Positions 19,188 through 27,854 of a stretch of DNA of 64,000 bases are shown here, in pieces (position 1 is the first letter of the stretch; each line of letters opens with the position of its first letter). Both the position numbers and the translations under genes were made by a program. Origin of the DNA: Dehalococcoidia bacterium (GTDB lineage Bacteria; Chloroflexota; Dehalococcoidia; Lucifugimonadales; UBA3495); assembly GCA_965116785.1 (NCBI GenBank), contig OZ220731.1:3619922-3683921 (forward strand), in the 5' to 3' direction. The notes under the pieces were generated by a model. It made no database searches, had not been told where the DNA came from, and saw only the letters and a program-made list of their open reading frames with translations.

Positions 19188-19432
19188 GAACTACCCGGCG
19201 CCTTCTGGAGGGGTGTCCCGCTGCGAGACGGTGCAGCCAGGCATTGGCGCCCAGCTCACCCAATGACAGGCGACGCGCCCCTCCCTCTCCCCACAGATTG
19301 GCCGATCCGCAGGACCCTTTCAACATACAAATGACAGTTCCTGGCGAGCCGGGTGCGCGTGCGGCACGATCCGAGTTGCTGTTATCCTAGAAGCAGTTCT
19401 TCTACTTCACCCACAACCAGGAGGGGATCACC

Positions 19433-19963
19433 ATGTCCGCTGCCGCCGATGGCCTGATTTCGGCCCTGGAAAACAACTTCACCACCGTCGACCTGGCGCT
19501 CAAAGACCTGGATGACGACGAATTCGGGCGGATTCCGGCCGACGATTGCAACTCGGTGTCCTGGATCCTGTGGCACCTGTCCCGGGTCATCGATTCCTTC
19601 ATACACACCCGGCTGCGAGACCTGCCGCAGCTGTGGGACGCGAACAACTGGGAGCAGCACTTCGGGATGCCCGAGGGCGGCGAGAACCGCGGCCTGGGCT
19701 GGACGCACCAGATGGTGTGCGACTGGCAGCCGCCGTCCCGGAAGTTGCAGATGGAGTACTTCGAGCAGGTGCGCGCGGCGCTGCGCGAATACCTGCCCGG
19801 CCTGACGGAAGCCCAGATGCAGCAGGCGAAGATCATCCCGCCCGTGTCGGAGCCGCGAACCGTGGCGGCGGCGCTGGGGCAGATGACCTGGGACTGCGTG
19901 TCCCACGGCGGGCAGATCGCTTTCCTGCGCGGGATGTACAAGGGGATGGGCTGGCACCGGTAG
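19433..19963 (+). CDS. DinB-superfamily (DinB_2-like) protein
   Basis: 176-aa four-helix-bundle-type sequence with SWILWHLSRVID and the C-terminal CVSHGGQIAFLRG histidine motifs typical of DinB/YfiT-like proteins. Confidence 0.7.
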   Translation: MSAAADGLISALENNFTTVDLALKDLDDDEFGRIPADDCNSVSWILWHLSRVIDSFIHTRLRDLPQLWDANNWEQHFGMPEGGENRGLGWTHQMVCDWQPPSRKLQMEYFEQVRAALREYLPGLTEAQMQQAKIIPPVSEPRTVAAALGQMTWDCVSHGGQIAFLRGMYKGMGWHR

Positions 19964-19992
19964 AGCGGCAGCCAACCCGGTTCAGTTCGCAG

Positions 19993-20457
19993 CTAGCCCC
20001 GGCGCGGGCGGCCGCGATCGGCGCTGTCGACCATTATGGTGACCGGGCCATCGTTCTGCAGGCTGACCTGCATGTAGGCCTGGAACTGGCCGGTGGCCAC
20101 CGTGAGGCCGGTTTCGCGGAACATTTCCACGGACTGCTCGTAGAGCCGATTGGCCGTTTCGGGATCGGCTGCGGCGGTGAAGTCGGGACGCCGGCCGCGA
20201 CGGGTATCGGCGTGCAGGGTGAACTGGGACACCACCAGCAACTGGCCGCCCAGGTCCAGGGCCGACAGGTTGAAGCGCCCCTGTGCGTCGGCGAAGATGC
20301 GCATGTTGACGATCTTGTCGACCAGGTAGCGGGCGTCGGGCTCGTCGTCGCCTTCCGCAACACCTAGCAGTACCACGAGACCGGGGCCGATGTGTCCAAC
20401 CTCGGCGTCGTCGATGGTTACCGACGCGGACGTTACCCGCTGGATCAGGGCGCGCAT
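19993..20457 (-). CDS. dtd: D-aminoacyl-tRNA deacylase
   Basis: MRALIQRV...VLLGV..GD, KI.NMRIF, LVVSQFTL.ADTRRGRRP.F and NDGPVTI are the canonical Dtd blocks. Confidence 0.95.
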   Translation of the reverse strand: MRALIQRVTSASVTIDDAEVGHIGPGLVVLLGVAEGDDEPDARYLVDKIVNMRIFADAQGRFNLSALDLGGQLLVVSQFTLHADTRRGRRPDFTAAADPETANRLYEQSVEMFRETGLTVATGQFQAYMQVSLQNDGPVTIMVDSADRGRPRRG

Positions 20458-20539
20458 GGTCTGGGGTGGCGCTATACCGGAAATGGAAAGGCCGCACCCT
20501 GGAGCGCGGCCCGGTTGGTCCTATGGCCGAGGGGATTGA

Positions 20540-20887
20540 TCAGGCCGAATCGCCAGCGGCGGCCGCCGCCGGAGCAGGCGCGTCTGAGGAGGATGAGGAG
20601 CCGGAGTCGCCGGACGAACTGTCGCCACCGCTGCTGCCGTTGGATGAACCGGAGGACGTGGACTCGGAAGCGGACTCCTTGCTTTCTTCCTTCTCGACGG
20701 GGCGCTTGGGGCGACCGTAGTCGGTGGTGTAGAAGCCGCTGCCCTTGTAGATTACCGGCACCGCGTGGAATACGCGCTGTCCGGCGCCGCCGCACAATGG
20801 GCACTCTCCCTGTCCCGCTTCGCTGAATTTCTGTACCAGCTCGAACTCGTTGGAACACTCCGTACAGCGATAATCGTAGCGCGGCAA
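20540..20887 (-). CDS. FmdB-family zinc-ribbon protein with Ser/Gly-rich tail
   Basis: TTG start (20885-20887) follows AAGGAGG. It reads M-PRYDYRCTECSNEFELVQKFSEAGQGECPLCGG, then a low-complexity S/G/A tail. The rest of the 226-aa track ORF is a non-coding-like extension. Confidence 0.8.
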   Translation of the reverse strand: MPRYDYRCTECSNEFELVQKFSEAGQGECPLCGGAGQRVFHAVPVIYKGSGFYTTDYGRPKRPVEKEESKESASESTSSGSSNGSSGGDSSSGDSGSSSSSDAPAPAAAAAGDSA

Positions 20888-21030
20888 ACCTGCCCTCCTT
20901 GGTATTAAGGACGCCGCCGGGCTTGCTGATGCCCCGGGCGGCCGATTCCGTCTGTGACGCGGGCGGAGTCTAGCACTGCGCCCGCAACCGGTCAATTTGC
21001 GTAGGCCGGCCCAACCCGGCCCCGAATGGC

Positions 21031-21216
21031 TTACCGCCGCTGCCGTCGGCGTCGCCGTGCCGCCCTCTGGGCCGCCAAGCGCTCCTTCTGCGCCTTGGAG
21101 CGGAAGAACCGGCGGTCCTTGAGCTCGCGCAGGATACCGGCGTGCTGTACAGAGGCCCGGAACCGATTCACCAGGCTTTCTGGGGTTTCGCCATCTCGCG
21201 GCGTTACGTAAGCCAT
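21031..21216 (-). CDS. rpsU: 30S ribosomal protein S21
   Basis: 61 aa: ESLVNRFRASVQHAGILRELKDRRFF.SKAQKERL with a basic C-terminus, the typical S21 pattern. Confidence 0.9.
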   Translation of the reverse strand: MAYVTPRDGETPESLVNRFRASVQHAGILRELKDRRFFRSKAQKERLAAQRAARRRRRQRR

Positions 21217-21324
21217 GCAATGCTCCCGATCATGTGTTTTTACATGCTTCCAAGTGAGCCCGACTATAACACGCCCGTGCGGAAGGCCGCAAACGATGAG
21301 CCGGCGTACTACGTGAGATCGAGG

Positions 21325-22029
21325 TCAGGCGGGCGGCGCGCCGTCGACGGATTCGATGCGTCCGTCGGCCATCTGCAGGCGCCGGTCGGCCATGTCGGCC
21401 AGCATCAGGTCGTGGGTGGCTGTGACCACGGTGACGCCCCGACTGGCGCCGATGTCGCGCATGATGCCGCCGATGGTCTGGCCGGTGACGCTGTCGAGCT
21501 CGCCCGTGGGTTCGTCGGCGAAGAGCACGGAGGGATCGGCCACCAGGGCGCGGGCGATGGCGACGCGCTGCTGCTCGCCACCGGACAACTCGTAGGGGCG
21601 ATGTCCCGAGCGACCGGTGAGCCCCACCAGGTCCAGGGCTTCGTTGGCGCGGCGGCGGCGGTCACGCCATGACACGCCGGCGATGTGCAGGGGAAGCTCC
21701 ACGTTTTCGAAGGCCGACAGGAGGGGTATCAGACCGAAGGACTGAAACACGAAGCCGATGCGTTCGCGGCGCAGACCGACCAGCTCGCGCTCCGGCATGT
21801 GGGTCAACTCGCGTCCTTCGAACCACACCTTGCCGGAGCTGGGGCGGTCGAGTCCCGCCAGCAGGTTCAGCAGGGTGGTCTTGCCCGACCCGGACCGGCC
21901 CACGAGGGCAACGAACTCGCCGGGCGAGATGTTGACCGTGACCTCGTTGACCGCGCGGACGGCGCTGTCCCCCTCGCCGAACTCGCGAACGACCGATTCT
22001 GAGGCCAGGGCCGCCGTCACCTCCGCCAT
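21325..22029 (-). CDS. ABC transporter ATP-binding protein (MacB/LolD/FtsE-like class)
   Basis: Walker [13 protein letters not shown], signature [15 protein letters not shown], Walker [12 protein letters not shown], and an H-loop ATHD. Confidence 0.9.
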   Translation of the reverse strand: MAEVTAALASESVVREFGEGDSAVRAVNEVTVNISPGEFVALVGRSGSGKTTLLNLLAGLDRPSSGKVWFEGRELTHMPERELVGLRRERIGFVFQSFGLIPLLSAFENVELPLHIAGVSWRDRRRRANEALDLVGLTGRSGHRPYELSGGEQQRVAIARALVADPSVLFADEPTGELDSVTGQTIGGIMRDIGASRGVTVVTATHDLMLADMADRRLQMADGRIESVDGAPPA

Positions 22030-22065
22030 TGGGTTACCTCAGCTCGCGGTATCGCGGCGAAGCGC

Positions 22066-23298
22066 CTAGTCATCGGCAAGGGTTTCCCACCTCTCGCGGC
22101 TGCGATGGGGAGCGGTGGCCGGGCGCAGGGTGATGGAGCCGGTATCCTCGTCCATGCCGGCGGTGGCCAGTCCTTCCAGCGACAGTTGCTCCACGTATTC
22201 GCGCGGTAACTGGAGGCGTCCGGCGCGGTCGACGACCAGGTATTCCTCCTCCCGGCCCTCGTCGCCCCGATAGGACGACATCAGGTAGGACTCGGAGCCG
22301 ATGCGACCGTCGCGGATGCGTACGACCCGGTCCACCCAGTGCGCGATGCCGGCATAGTGCGTGACGATGATGATGGTCACGCCAAACCGCCGGTTGATGC
22401 GCTGCAGCATCCGGAAGACGTCCTCGGCCATGTTGGTGTCCAGCTCTCCCGTTGGCTCATCGGCCAGGAGCAACGGCGGGTTGTTGGCCAGGGCAACGGC
22501 GATGGCCACGCGCTGTTGTTCGCCGCCGGAAAGCTCCGACGGGTAACGGCGTCCCTTGTCGGACATCTGAAGGGCTTCGAGCAGTTCCTCGGCGCGTTCG
22601 CGGCGTTGCCGCTTGCCGGCGCCGGCGATGGCCTGGGGCAGCTCGATGTTGTCCCGCACGCTCAGGTAGGGCACCAGGTTGCGTCCGGTGGCCTGCCACA
22701 CGAACCCGACCTCGCGGCGGCGATAGGCCACCAGGTCCTGGTCGGTGATGTCCAGCAGATCCCGCTCACCCACGCGGATGCGTCCGGCGGAAGGGCGCTC
22801 CAGCCCGGCGAGGATATTCAGAAGGGTGGTCTTGCCGGAACCGCTGGCTCCGACGATGCCGATCAGTTCGCCGGACCGGACCTCAAGATCGACGCCGCGC
22901 AGGGCAACCACTTCGAGGTCGGCCGGTTTGTAGATCTTGAAGAGGTCGTTGGCCTCGACGTAGGCCGGCGCGGTCTCGTCTTCCTCGTCACCGCCTATCC
23001 ATGGCTCAGGCGCCGGAGCGACTGGCCGCGTGCCGTTGTCGGATACCGGACGCGGCGGCGCTACAGCAACATGGGGCTCTTCTGGCGCTTCCGCAGACGC
23101 GTTGTCGTCGGCCACCGCAGTTTCGGTGACTTCTTCCACCGCCTCCGGTGCGGCTGCCGGCGGCGAGGCTGCCACCGCAACGGTTTCCTCGGCGGTGTCA
23201 GCGGCGGGTTGTTCGGCAGCCAACCGGGCGCGCCGCTCTGGAGGCATGAACTGGCGAGCGTAGTCGTCTGGGGCGCCATTCTGCGGGGCTTCGGACAT
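22066..23298 (-). CDS. ABC transporter ATP-binding protein with long Ala/Pro/Glu-rich N-terminal extension and C-terminal extension
   Basis: [38 protein letters not shown] and VTHY. It is preceded by about 140 aa of low complexity and followed by about 70 extra residues ([20 protein letters not shown]). Confidence 0.85.
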   Translation of the reverse strand: MSEAPQNGAPDDYARQFMPPERRARLAAEQPAADTAEETVAVAASPPAAAPEAVEEVTETAVADDNASAEAPEEPHVAVAPPRPVSDNGTRPVAPAPEPWIGGDEEDETAPAYVEANDLFKIYKPADLEVVALRGVDLEVRSGELIGIVGASGSGKTTLLNILAGLERPSAGRIRVGERDLLDITDQDLVAYRRREVGFVWQATGRNLVPYLSVRDNIELPQAIAGAGKRQRRERAEELLEALQMSDKGRRYPSELSGGEQQRVAIAVALANNPPLLLADEPTGELDTNMAEDVFRMLQRINRRFGVTIIIVTHYAGIAHWVDRVVRIRDGRIGSESYLMSSYRGDEGREEEYLVVDRAGRLQLPREYVEQLSLEGLATAGMDEDTGSITLRPATAPHRSRERWETLADD

Positions 23299-23437
23299 TC
23301 TGGACCATCTCAACGCGCGTGTTGCGGCAAATCCACGGCATTATAACGCGCCGGGCGGGGGTGTGGCAGCGTCCAAACAAGAAAGGGCGAGCTCATGGGC
23401 CCGCCCCTTGCCGAAACCTGCAGGAGTACCGGCCAGG

Positions 23438-24316
23438 CTAGTCGGGCTTGCGGGCCGACACCTTGACGCTGGCGACGTTCAGGGGAATGTCGTCGTCGTC
23501 CAGGCGGATGGACTCGTCGATGGTCGCGATGTCCACGAAACCGGCGGTCTCCATACGGCCCAGGTATGTCCCTCGGAACTCGGCGCCTCCGATGCAGGAG
23601 GCCCAGGATTCAGCGTCAGTGAGACGAGGGCCATCCTCCGACAGGGCGAGCATGTCGGACACGTGCAGACGGCCGCCGGGGGTCAGCACGCGGAAGGCTT
23701 CCCGGAACACGGCGTCCTTGTCGGGAGACAGGCAGATGACGCAGTTGCTGATCACGACGTTGACGCTGGCGTCGGGCAGAGGGATGTCCTCGAGATGGCC
23801 CTGCACGAACTCGACGTTGTGCACGCCCATGCGGTCGCGGTTGGCGTTGGCGAGAGCAAGCATTTCGGGGGTCATGTCCAGCCCGAAGACCTTGCCGGAC
23901 TCGCCCACCTGCTCGGCGGCGATGAAGCAGTCAATGCCGCCGCCGGAGCCGAGGTCGAGCACGGTTTCGCCAGGGCGCAGGTCGGCCAGGGCGGTGGGGT
24001 TGCCGCAGCCGGCGGAGGCGGCCATTGCCTCGACGGGCAGGCCCTGCAACTGCGCTTCCTGGTAGAGGGTCATGGCGTGCTCGGTGTCAGCGGGACTGCA
24101 ACAGGCGGCGGCGGTGGTATCCCCGCAACCGCAGGCCGCGGCGTCGTGGCCGCAGTCGTCCCCGCCGCAGGTTCCGTGGCCGCAGTCCTCGGCGCCGCAT
24201 CCCACGCCTTGGGACGGCGTGACGTCGGTCAACTCGATGACTCGCAGGGCGCGCTGACCGTAGTGCTCCTGGACAGCCTGGCGGATTTCGTCGGTATTGT
24301 TCGGTACAGTCGTCAT
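23438..24316 (-). CDS. arsM: Arsenite S-adenosylmethionine methyltransferase (ArsM-like)
   Basis: [40 protein letters not shown] (SAM motif I), [13 protein letters not shown], and a Cys-rich N-terminal segment. This is the ArsM/UbiE-type architecture. Confidence 0.85.
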   Translation of the reverse strand: MTTVPNNTDEIRQAVQEHYGQRALRVIELTDVTPSQGVGCGAEDCGHGTCGGDDCGHDAAACGCGDTTAAACCSPADTEHAMTLYQEAQLQGLPVEAMAASAGCGNPTALADLRPGETVLDLGSGGGIDCFIAAEQVGESGKVFGLDMTPEMLALANANRDRMGVHNVEFVQGHLEDIPLPDASVNVVISNCVICLSPDKDAVFREAFRVLTPGGRLHVSDMLALSEDGPRLTDAESWASCIGGAEFRGTYLGRMETAGFVDIATIDESIRLDDDDIPLNVASVKVSARKPD

Positions 24317-24422
24317 CAGCGCCTCCCGGGTATCGTAATCTGAGTGTCAGACAAGGTAATGCTACGCCGGCAGCGGGCGGGCGTCAAACGGGCCTGCTTT
24401 CTATGCGCGGCCACTGTGGTGA

Positions 24423-24590
24423 ATTGTCAGAATCAGGATGTACGGGATTTTTTGATTTGACAGGATCAGGATATCTCCAGCTCTAAACGGTTCCCATCCT
24501 GACAATCCCTCAATCCTGAAATCCGGATCCTGCCTGAAATCCGGATCCTGCCTGAAATCCGGATCCTGCCTGAAATCCGGATCCTGACGT
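24423..24590. repeat. Family-D dispersed repeat containing a perfect 4 x 18 bp tandem array
   Basis: It starts attgtcagaatcaggatgtacgggatttt (compare 26383 and the reverse complement of 47420-47443). Positions 24515-24586 are four exact copies of cctgaaatccggatcctg. Confidence 0.85.
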
Positions 24591-24688
24591 TTCACCGCCA
24601 TCAAACCGGGTACGCATTAGGTCTCACTTTGAACAGATACAATTGAAACGGATGCTGCGTAGCGTAACGGCCGGGCGGGAGTACCGAG

Positions 24689-25159
24689 ATGACCACCATA
24701 GATCACCGGGAACTGAGCAGCGAGGCTGTTCCATCATCGGCAATTAAATGGGTGACGCCTGATTTGCTACGTCATCTTCGGATTTATCGCTGCGACATCG
24801 TGGTTGGTCGGAGAGTACATCTCGGTCGCGAGTACGTCGAAGAGATCAGGCGAGCGGAAGATCTGGGCATTGTACGGCGCAATTCCGATATGGAAATAGC
24901 TTATTCCCTGGTTACGCTACGAGGCTACCGGGAAACGGATGGCGTGCGTGTATGGGTTGTCTTTGAAGCTGCGGTCAGCATCCGCGACATTCACGTTGAA
25001 CTGGTGCGCCAGCGCGCGGATATCCTGGCTACCGTATATAGTGAGCCGGCGCTGGCCGTGATAATCGGCGAAAGCGTCCAGCCGTCGGGTCTGCTGCGTG
25101 CGGCAGATCGTGGTGTATTGGTGGTTACCGCTCCTCCGCGGAGGGCGTCGTGGTCCTGA
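24689..25159 (+). CDS. Hypothetical protein (possible PD-(D/E)XK-like fold), AT-richer orphan
   Basis: 156-aa ORF after GGGAG. Its pattern E-I-A...VVFEAAVSIRDIHVELVRQRADIL...AVIIGE...AADRGVLVV recalls small restriction-endonuclease-like orphans of cyanobacteria and Chloroflexi. A hand count of 24721-24820 gives 50% G+C. Confidence 0.45.
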   Translation: MTTIDHRELSSEAVPSSAIKWVTPDLLRHLRIYRCDIVVGRRVHLGREYVEEIRRAEDLGIVRRNSDMEIAYSLVTLRGYRETDGVRVWVVFEAAVSIRDIHVELVRQRADILATVYSEPALAVIIGESVQPSGLLRAADRGVLVVTAPPRRASWS

Positions 25160-25295
25160 TCGATCTCATTGTGTTGTGGCTGGCGCCGGGCTCGCCAGTC
25201 TCGTCAGTGAGCAGCGGCCGTTATTCATCCGTGTTGCCGGTGTTGTAGGCGCGTGCTACATTGCCCTACGCCATACCAAGCACGGAGTTAGAGAT

Positions 25296-26381
25296 ATGAG
25301 AATCACCGGCGGCACCACGCGCGTTCTGCAGACACCGGCGGACAACCCGCTGGTGGTGGGCATCGACCAACCGGGCACCCGCGAGTTCGTCACGCTGGAA
25401 CTGAACACCGACGAGGGCATCACCGGCATCGGCCTGACCTTCTTCGGCGGGCCGCTGGTGCACGCGCTGCGCCGGGCGGTGGACGACCTGGTGCAGTTGG
25501 CGGTGGGTGAGGACCCCATGAACCCCGAAGCCGTGTGGGGCAAGCTGATGGACGCCTGCTCGTCGGCGGGGCCGGAAGGCATTCTGTCCCTGGGCCTGGC
25601 GCCCATCGACATGGCGGTGTGGGACATCAAGGCCAAGGCGCTGGACCAGACCGTGTGCAGCCTCATGGGCGGATACCGGGACCGGGCGCCCACCTACGCT
25701 AGCGGCGCGCTGATGCGGCCCATGGGTCTGGAGTACCTTTCTGAGGCCGGCCCCAGGCTGGTGGAGCAAGGGTTCCGGCAGATGAAAACGCAGATGGGCG
25801 CGGAGCCCACGGCCGCCCGCGAGGTGGCCCGCATCCGCACCTTGCGGGACGCCATCGGGCCCGACATCGACCTGATGTGCGACATCAACCAGCTTTGGAA
25901 CGTGAACCAGGCCATCCAGATTGGCAGCATGGTTGAGGAGTATCACCTGTTCTGGCTGGAGGACGTGGTGGCGCGGGACGATTACCAGGGCCTGGCGCGA
26001 GTCGCCGACGCGCTCACCACGCCCATCGCCGCCGGAGAGTACGTGTACGGCATCCGGCCCTTCCGCCACATGGTGGAGCAGCGCAGCATCGACATCGTCA
26101 TGGTGGACCTGCTGCGTGCCGGCGGCATCACGCCGTTCCGCAAAATCGCCGGCATGGCGGAGGCGTTCAACCTGCCGGTGGTGTCACACCTGATACCCGA
26201 GGTGCAGGTGCACACGATCGCGGCAATACCCAACGGACTGACGGTGGAGTACATGCCGTGGTCGCTGCGGCTCTTCGACGAGACTCCGGACATCGTGGAC
26301 GGCGACCTCGTCGTGCCGGACCGACCGGGCCTGGGTCTCTCCTTCAGCCAGGACGCCATCGCCCAGTACCAGGTCGCCTGA
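25296..26381 (+). CDS. Mandelate racemase/muconate lactonizing enzyme family (enolase superfamily) protein
   Basis: N-terminal capping domain, then barrel motifs DMAVWDIKAK, DINQLW, FWLEDV and AAGE. Start taken at MRITGG (25296). The substrate is unknown. Confidence 0.9.
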   Translation: MRITGGTTRVLQTPADNPLVVGIDQPGTREFVTLELNTDEGITGIGLTFFGGPLVHALRRAVDDLVQLAVGEDPMNPEAVWGKLMDACSSAGPEGILSLGLAPIDMAVWDIKAKALDQTVCSLMGGYRDRAPTYASGALMRPMGLEYLSEAGPRLVEQGFRQMKTQMGAEPTAAREVARIRTLRDAIGPDIDLMCDINQLWNVNQAIQIGSMVEEYHLFWLEDVVARDDYQGLARVADALTTPIAAGEYVYGIRPFRHMVEQRSIDIVMVDLLRAGGITPFRKIAGMAEAFNLPVVSHLIPEVQVHTIAAIPNGLTVEYMPWSLRLFDETPDIVDGDLVVPDRPGLGLSFSQDAIAQYQVA

Positions 26382-26382
26382 G

Positions 26383-26477
26383 ATTGTCAGAATCAGGATT
26401 TACAGGATTTCGAGATTCACAAGATTAGTGCGTCAATCCTGTAAATCATGAGATCCGGCAAATCCCGATTCAGACAA
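26383..26477. repeat. Family-D dispersed repeat (hairpin-forming copy)
   Basis: attgtcagaatcaggatttacaggatt ... aatcctgtaaatc...ccggcaaatcccgattcagacaa. The two arms are inverted relative to each other. Intergenic. Confidence 0.8.
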
Positions 26478-26494
26478 ACACGGAGGAACAAATC

Positions 26495-26806
26495 ATGGCT
26501 ACCTATCAGTTGCGCATCTACACCATCAATCGCGGCATGATGGATTCATGGCTCGGCGTGTTCAACGAGCACATCCGGCCGCTGCACGACCGCCTGGGGA
26601 TCCCGGTGGTGTCCAGCTACGTAAACGCCGACCGGACGGAGTTCATCTGGGTGCGCCGGTTCGACAGCGCGGACCAGATCGCGGAGAAGGAGGCGGCCTA
26701 CTTCGCCTCACCGGAGCGCTCGGCGCTGGGCGACCGGCCCACCAGCCACATCGCGAAGATGGAAGTGCGCGTGATGGACGGTGTGGAAGCCGCGGCGGCA
26801 GCCTAG
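26495..26806 (+). CDS. NIPSNAP-family protein
   Basis: 103 aa, YQLRIYTI..G....W...F......P...R.GI.VV; size and dimeric alpha-beta barrel pattern are typical of NIPSNAP. GGAGG lies upstream. Confidence 0.75.
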   Translation: MATYQLRIYTINRGMMDSWLGVFNEHIRPLHDRLGIPVVSSYVNADRTEFIWVRRFDSADQIAEKEAAYFASPERSALGDRPTSHIAKMEVRVMDGVEAAAAA

Positions 26807-26820
26807 CCCATGGCGTGATG

Positions 26821-26850
26821 CGTAGGGGCCAATCGCAATTGGCCCCTACG
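26821..26850. terminator. Bidirectional hairpin terminator
   Basis: cgtaggggccaat-cgca-attggcccctacg forms a 13-bp perfect stem between convergent genes and overlaps the stop codon of the minus-strand gene. Confidence 0.6.
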
Positions 26851-27358
26851 TGGTTTCGGACGGCACCTGCTCGCGTTGGCGTTCGTGCCAGCCGGCGTTG
26901 ACTCCGGCCCAATAGTCTTCCCAGTTCCGACGGGTATCGGCCTCAGTAGCTCCGCCCCAGTAGCCAGGGGACACCAGCGGCAGGGCTAGTTCGATGCGGA
27001 TGAGCACGACGGCGCGCACGCTGTCGGCCAGACCCGTCACATTGGACGCGCCGTTGCGCATCCGCTCTTTCACGGTGGCTTCCAGTTCGTCCCCGGAGTG
27101 GATGGCGACGGTGCCCTTGAAGCGGTAGCCCTTGCGGGCAAACTGGTCCACGACGTTGATCTCGATGGACGGGTTGTGCTCCAGGTTCCGCATGGTGCCC
27201 GGTGAAGCCAGGTCGGTGAACAGGATGTGATCGTCATCCCAGATCATGGTGGTGGCCTTGGGCGACAGGTTCGGGGTGCCGTCAGGGCAGACGGTGGCGG
27301 CAAAGATGAGACGCTGCTCGGTCAGGACCCGCTTCATGTCGTCGGTCAGAATTCCCAT
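26846..27358 (-). CDS. Pyridoxamine 5'-phosphate oxidase-family (FMN/F420-binding split-barrel) protein
   Basis: LTEQRLIFAATVCPDGTPNLSPK....D..H..F.D..S..T..NL..NP.I.INVVD....KGYRFKG is the typical PNPOx-like split-barrel pattern. Confidence 0.8.
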   Translation of the reverse strand: MGILTDDMKRVLTEQRLIFAATVCPDGTPNLSPKATTMIWDDDHILFTDLASPGTMRNLEHNPSIEINVVDQFARKGYRFKGTVAIHSGDELEATVKERMRNGASNVTGLADSVRAVVLIRIELALPLVSPGYWGGATEADTRRNWEDYWAGVNAGWHERQREQVPSETT

Positions 27359-27378
27359 GTTTGGCGTTTCTCCGGTCT

Positions 27379-27831
27379 CTACAGGTCCTTGACCATCTCG
27401 CGGTGGGGAATGCCGGCCTCCTCGAAGATATCGCCGACCTCCCGGTAGCCGTGTCCGGCGTAGAAGGACTTGACGTATTCCTGGGCGTGGAGGGTGATCT
27501 GCCGGAACCCGAGGGCGCGGCCCTGGTCTTCCAGGAAGTTCAGGACACGGCCGCCGACTCCATCGCGGCGCCGTTCCTGCTCCACGGCCATGCGTCCGAT
27601 GTGCGGCCCCTTGCCATCAACGTCGGGCAGCAGACGACCGGTGCCGATGATTACGCCGTCGCGCAGGGCCACGGCGTGGACAGTGCCGGGATCAGTGTCG
27701 AACTCGTCCAACTCGATCTCGGCGGGCACGCCCTGCTCGCCCACGAACACGCGAATGCGCAGGCTGAACGCGGCCTCCAATTCGGCGGGCGTTTCGATGA
27801 CCTTGACGGTAATGTCTGTAGTGGAGGGCAT
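27379..27831 (-). CDS. GNAT-family N-acetyltransferase
   Basis: Start MPSTTD (27831). RIRVFVGEQGVP, the motif A segment RMAVEQERRRDGVGGRVL, and C-terminal FY.GHGY. The upstream part of the 215-aa track ORF is Arg-rich non-coding-like. Confidence 0.85.
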   Translation of the reverse strand: MPSTTDITVKVIETPAELEAAFSLRIRVFVGEQGVPAEIELDEFDTDPGTVHAVALRDGVIIGTGRLLPDVDGKGPHIGRMAVEQERRRDGVGGRVLNFLEDQGRALGFRQITLHAQEYVKSFYAGHGYREVGDIFEEAGIPHREMVKDL

Positions 27832-27854
27832 CTTCAGCGGTGGCCGCTCAGGGA

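Noticed and set aside
20888-21220. Upstream two-thirds of the 226-aa ORF 20540-21220
   Set aside because: It has a Pro/Arg/Gly-rich non-coding-like composition and overlaps rpsU in another frame. A TTG start with a strong AAGGAGG RBS defines the real FmdB-type gene at 20887.
24515-24586. Possible CRISPR array
   Set aside because: The four 18-bp units are directly adjacent with no spacers, the unit is too short, and no cas genes are nearby. It is a plain tandem repeat.
24401-24604. 67-aa ORF translating to QDPDFRQDPDFRQDPDFR
   Set aside because: It is simply the 18-bp tandem repeat read in frame inside an intergenic repeat element, so it is not a credible gene.
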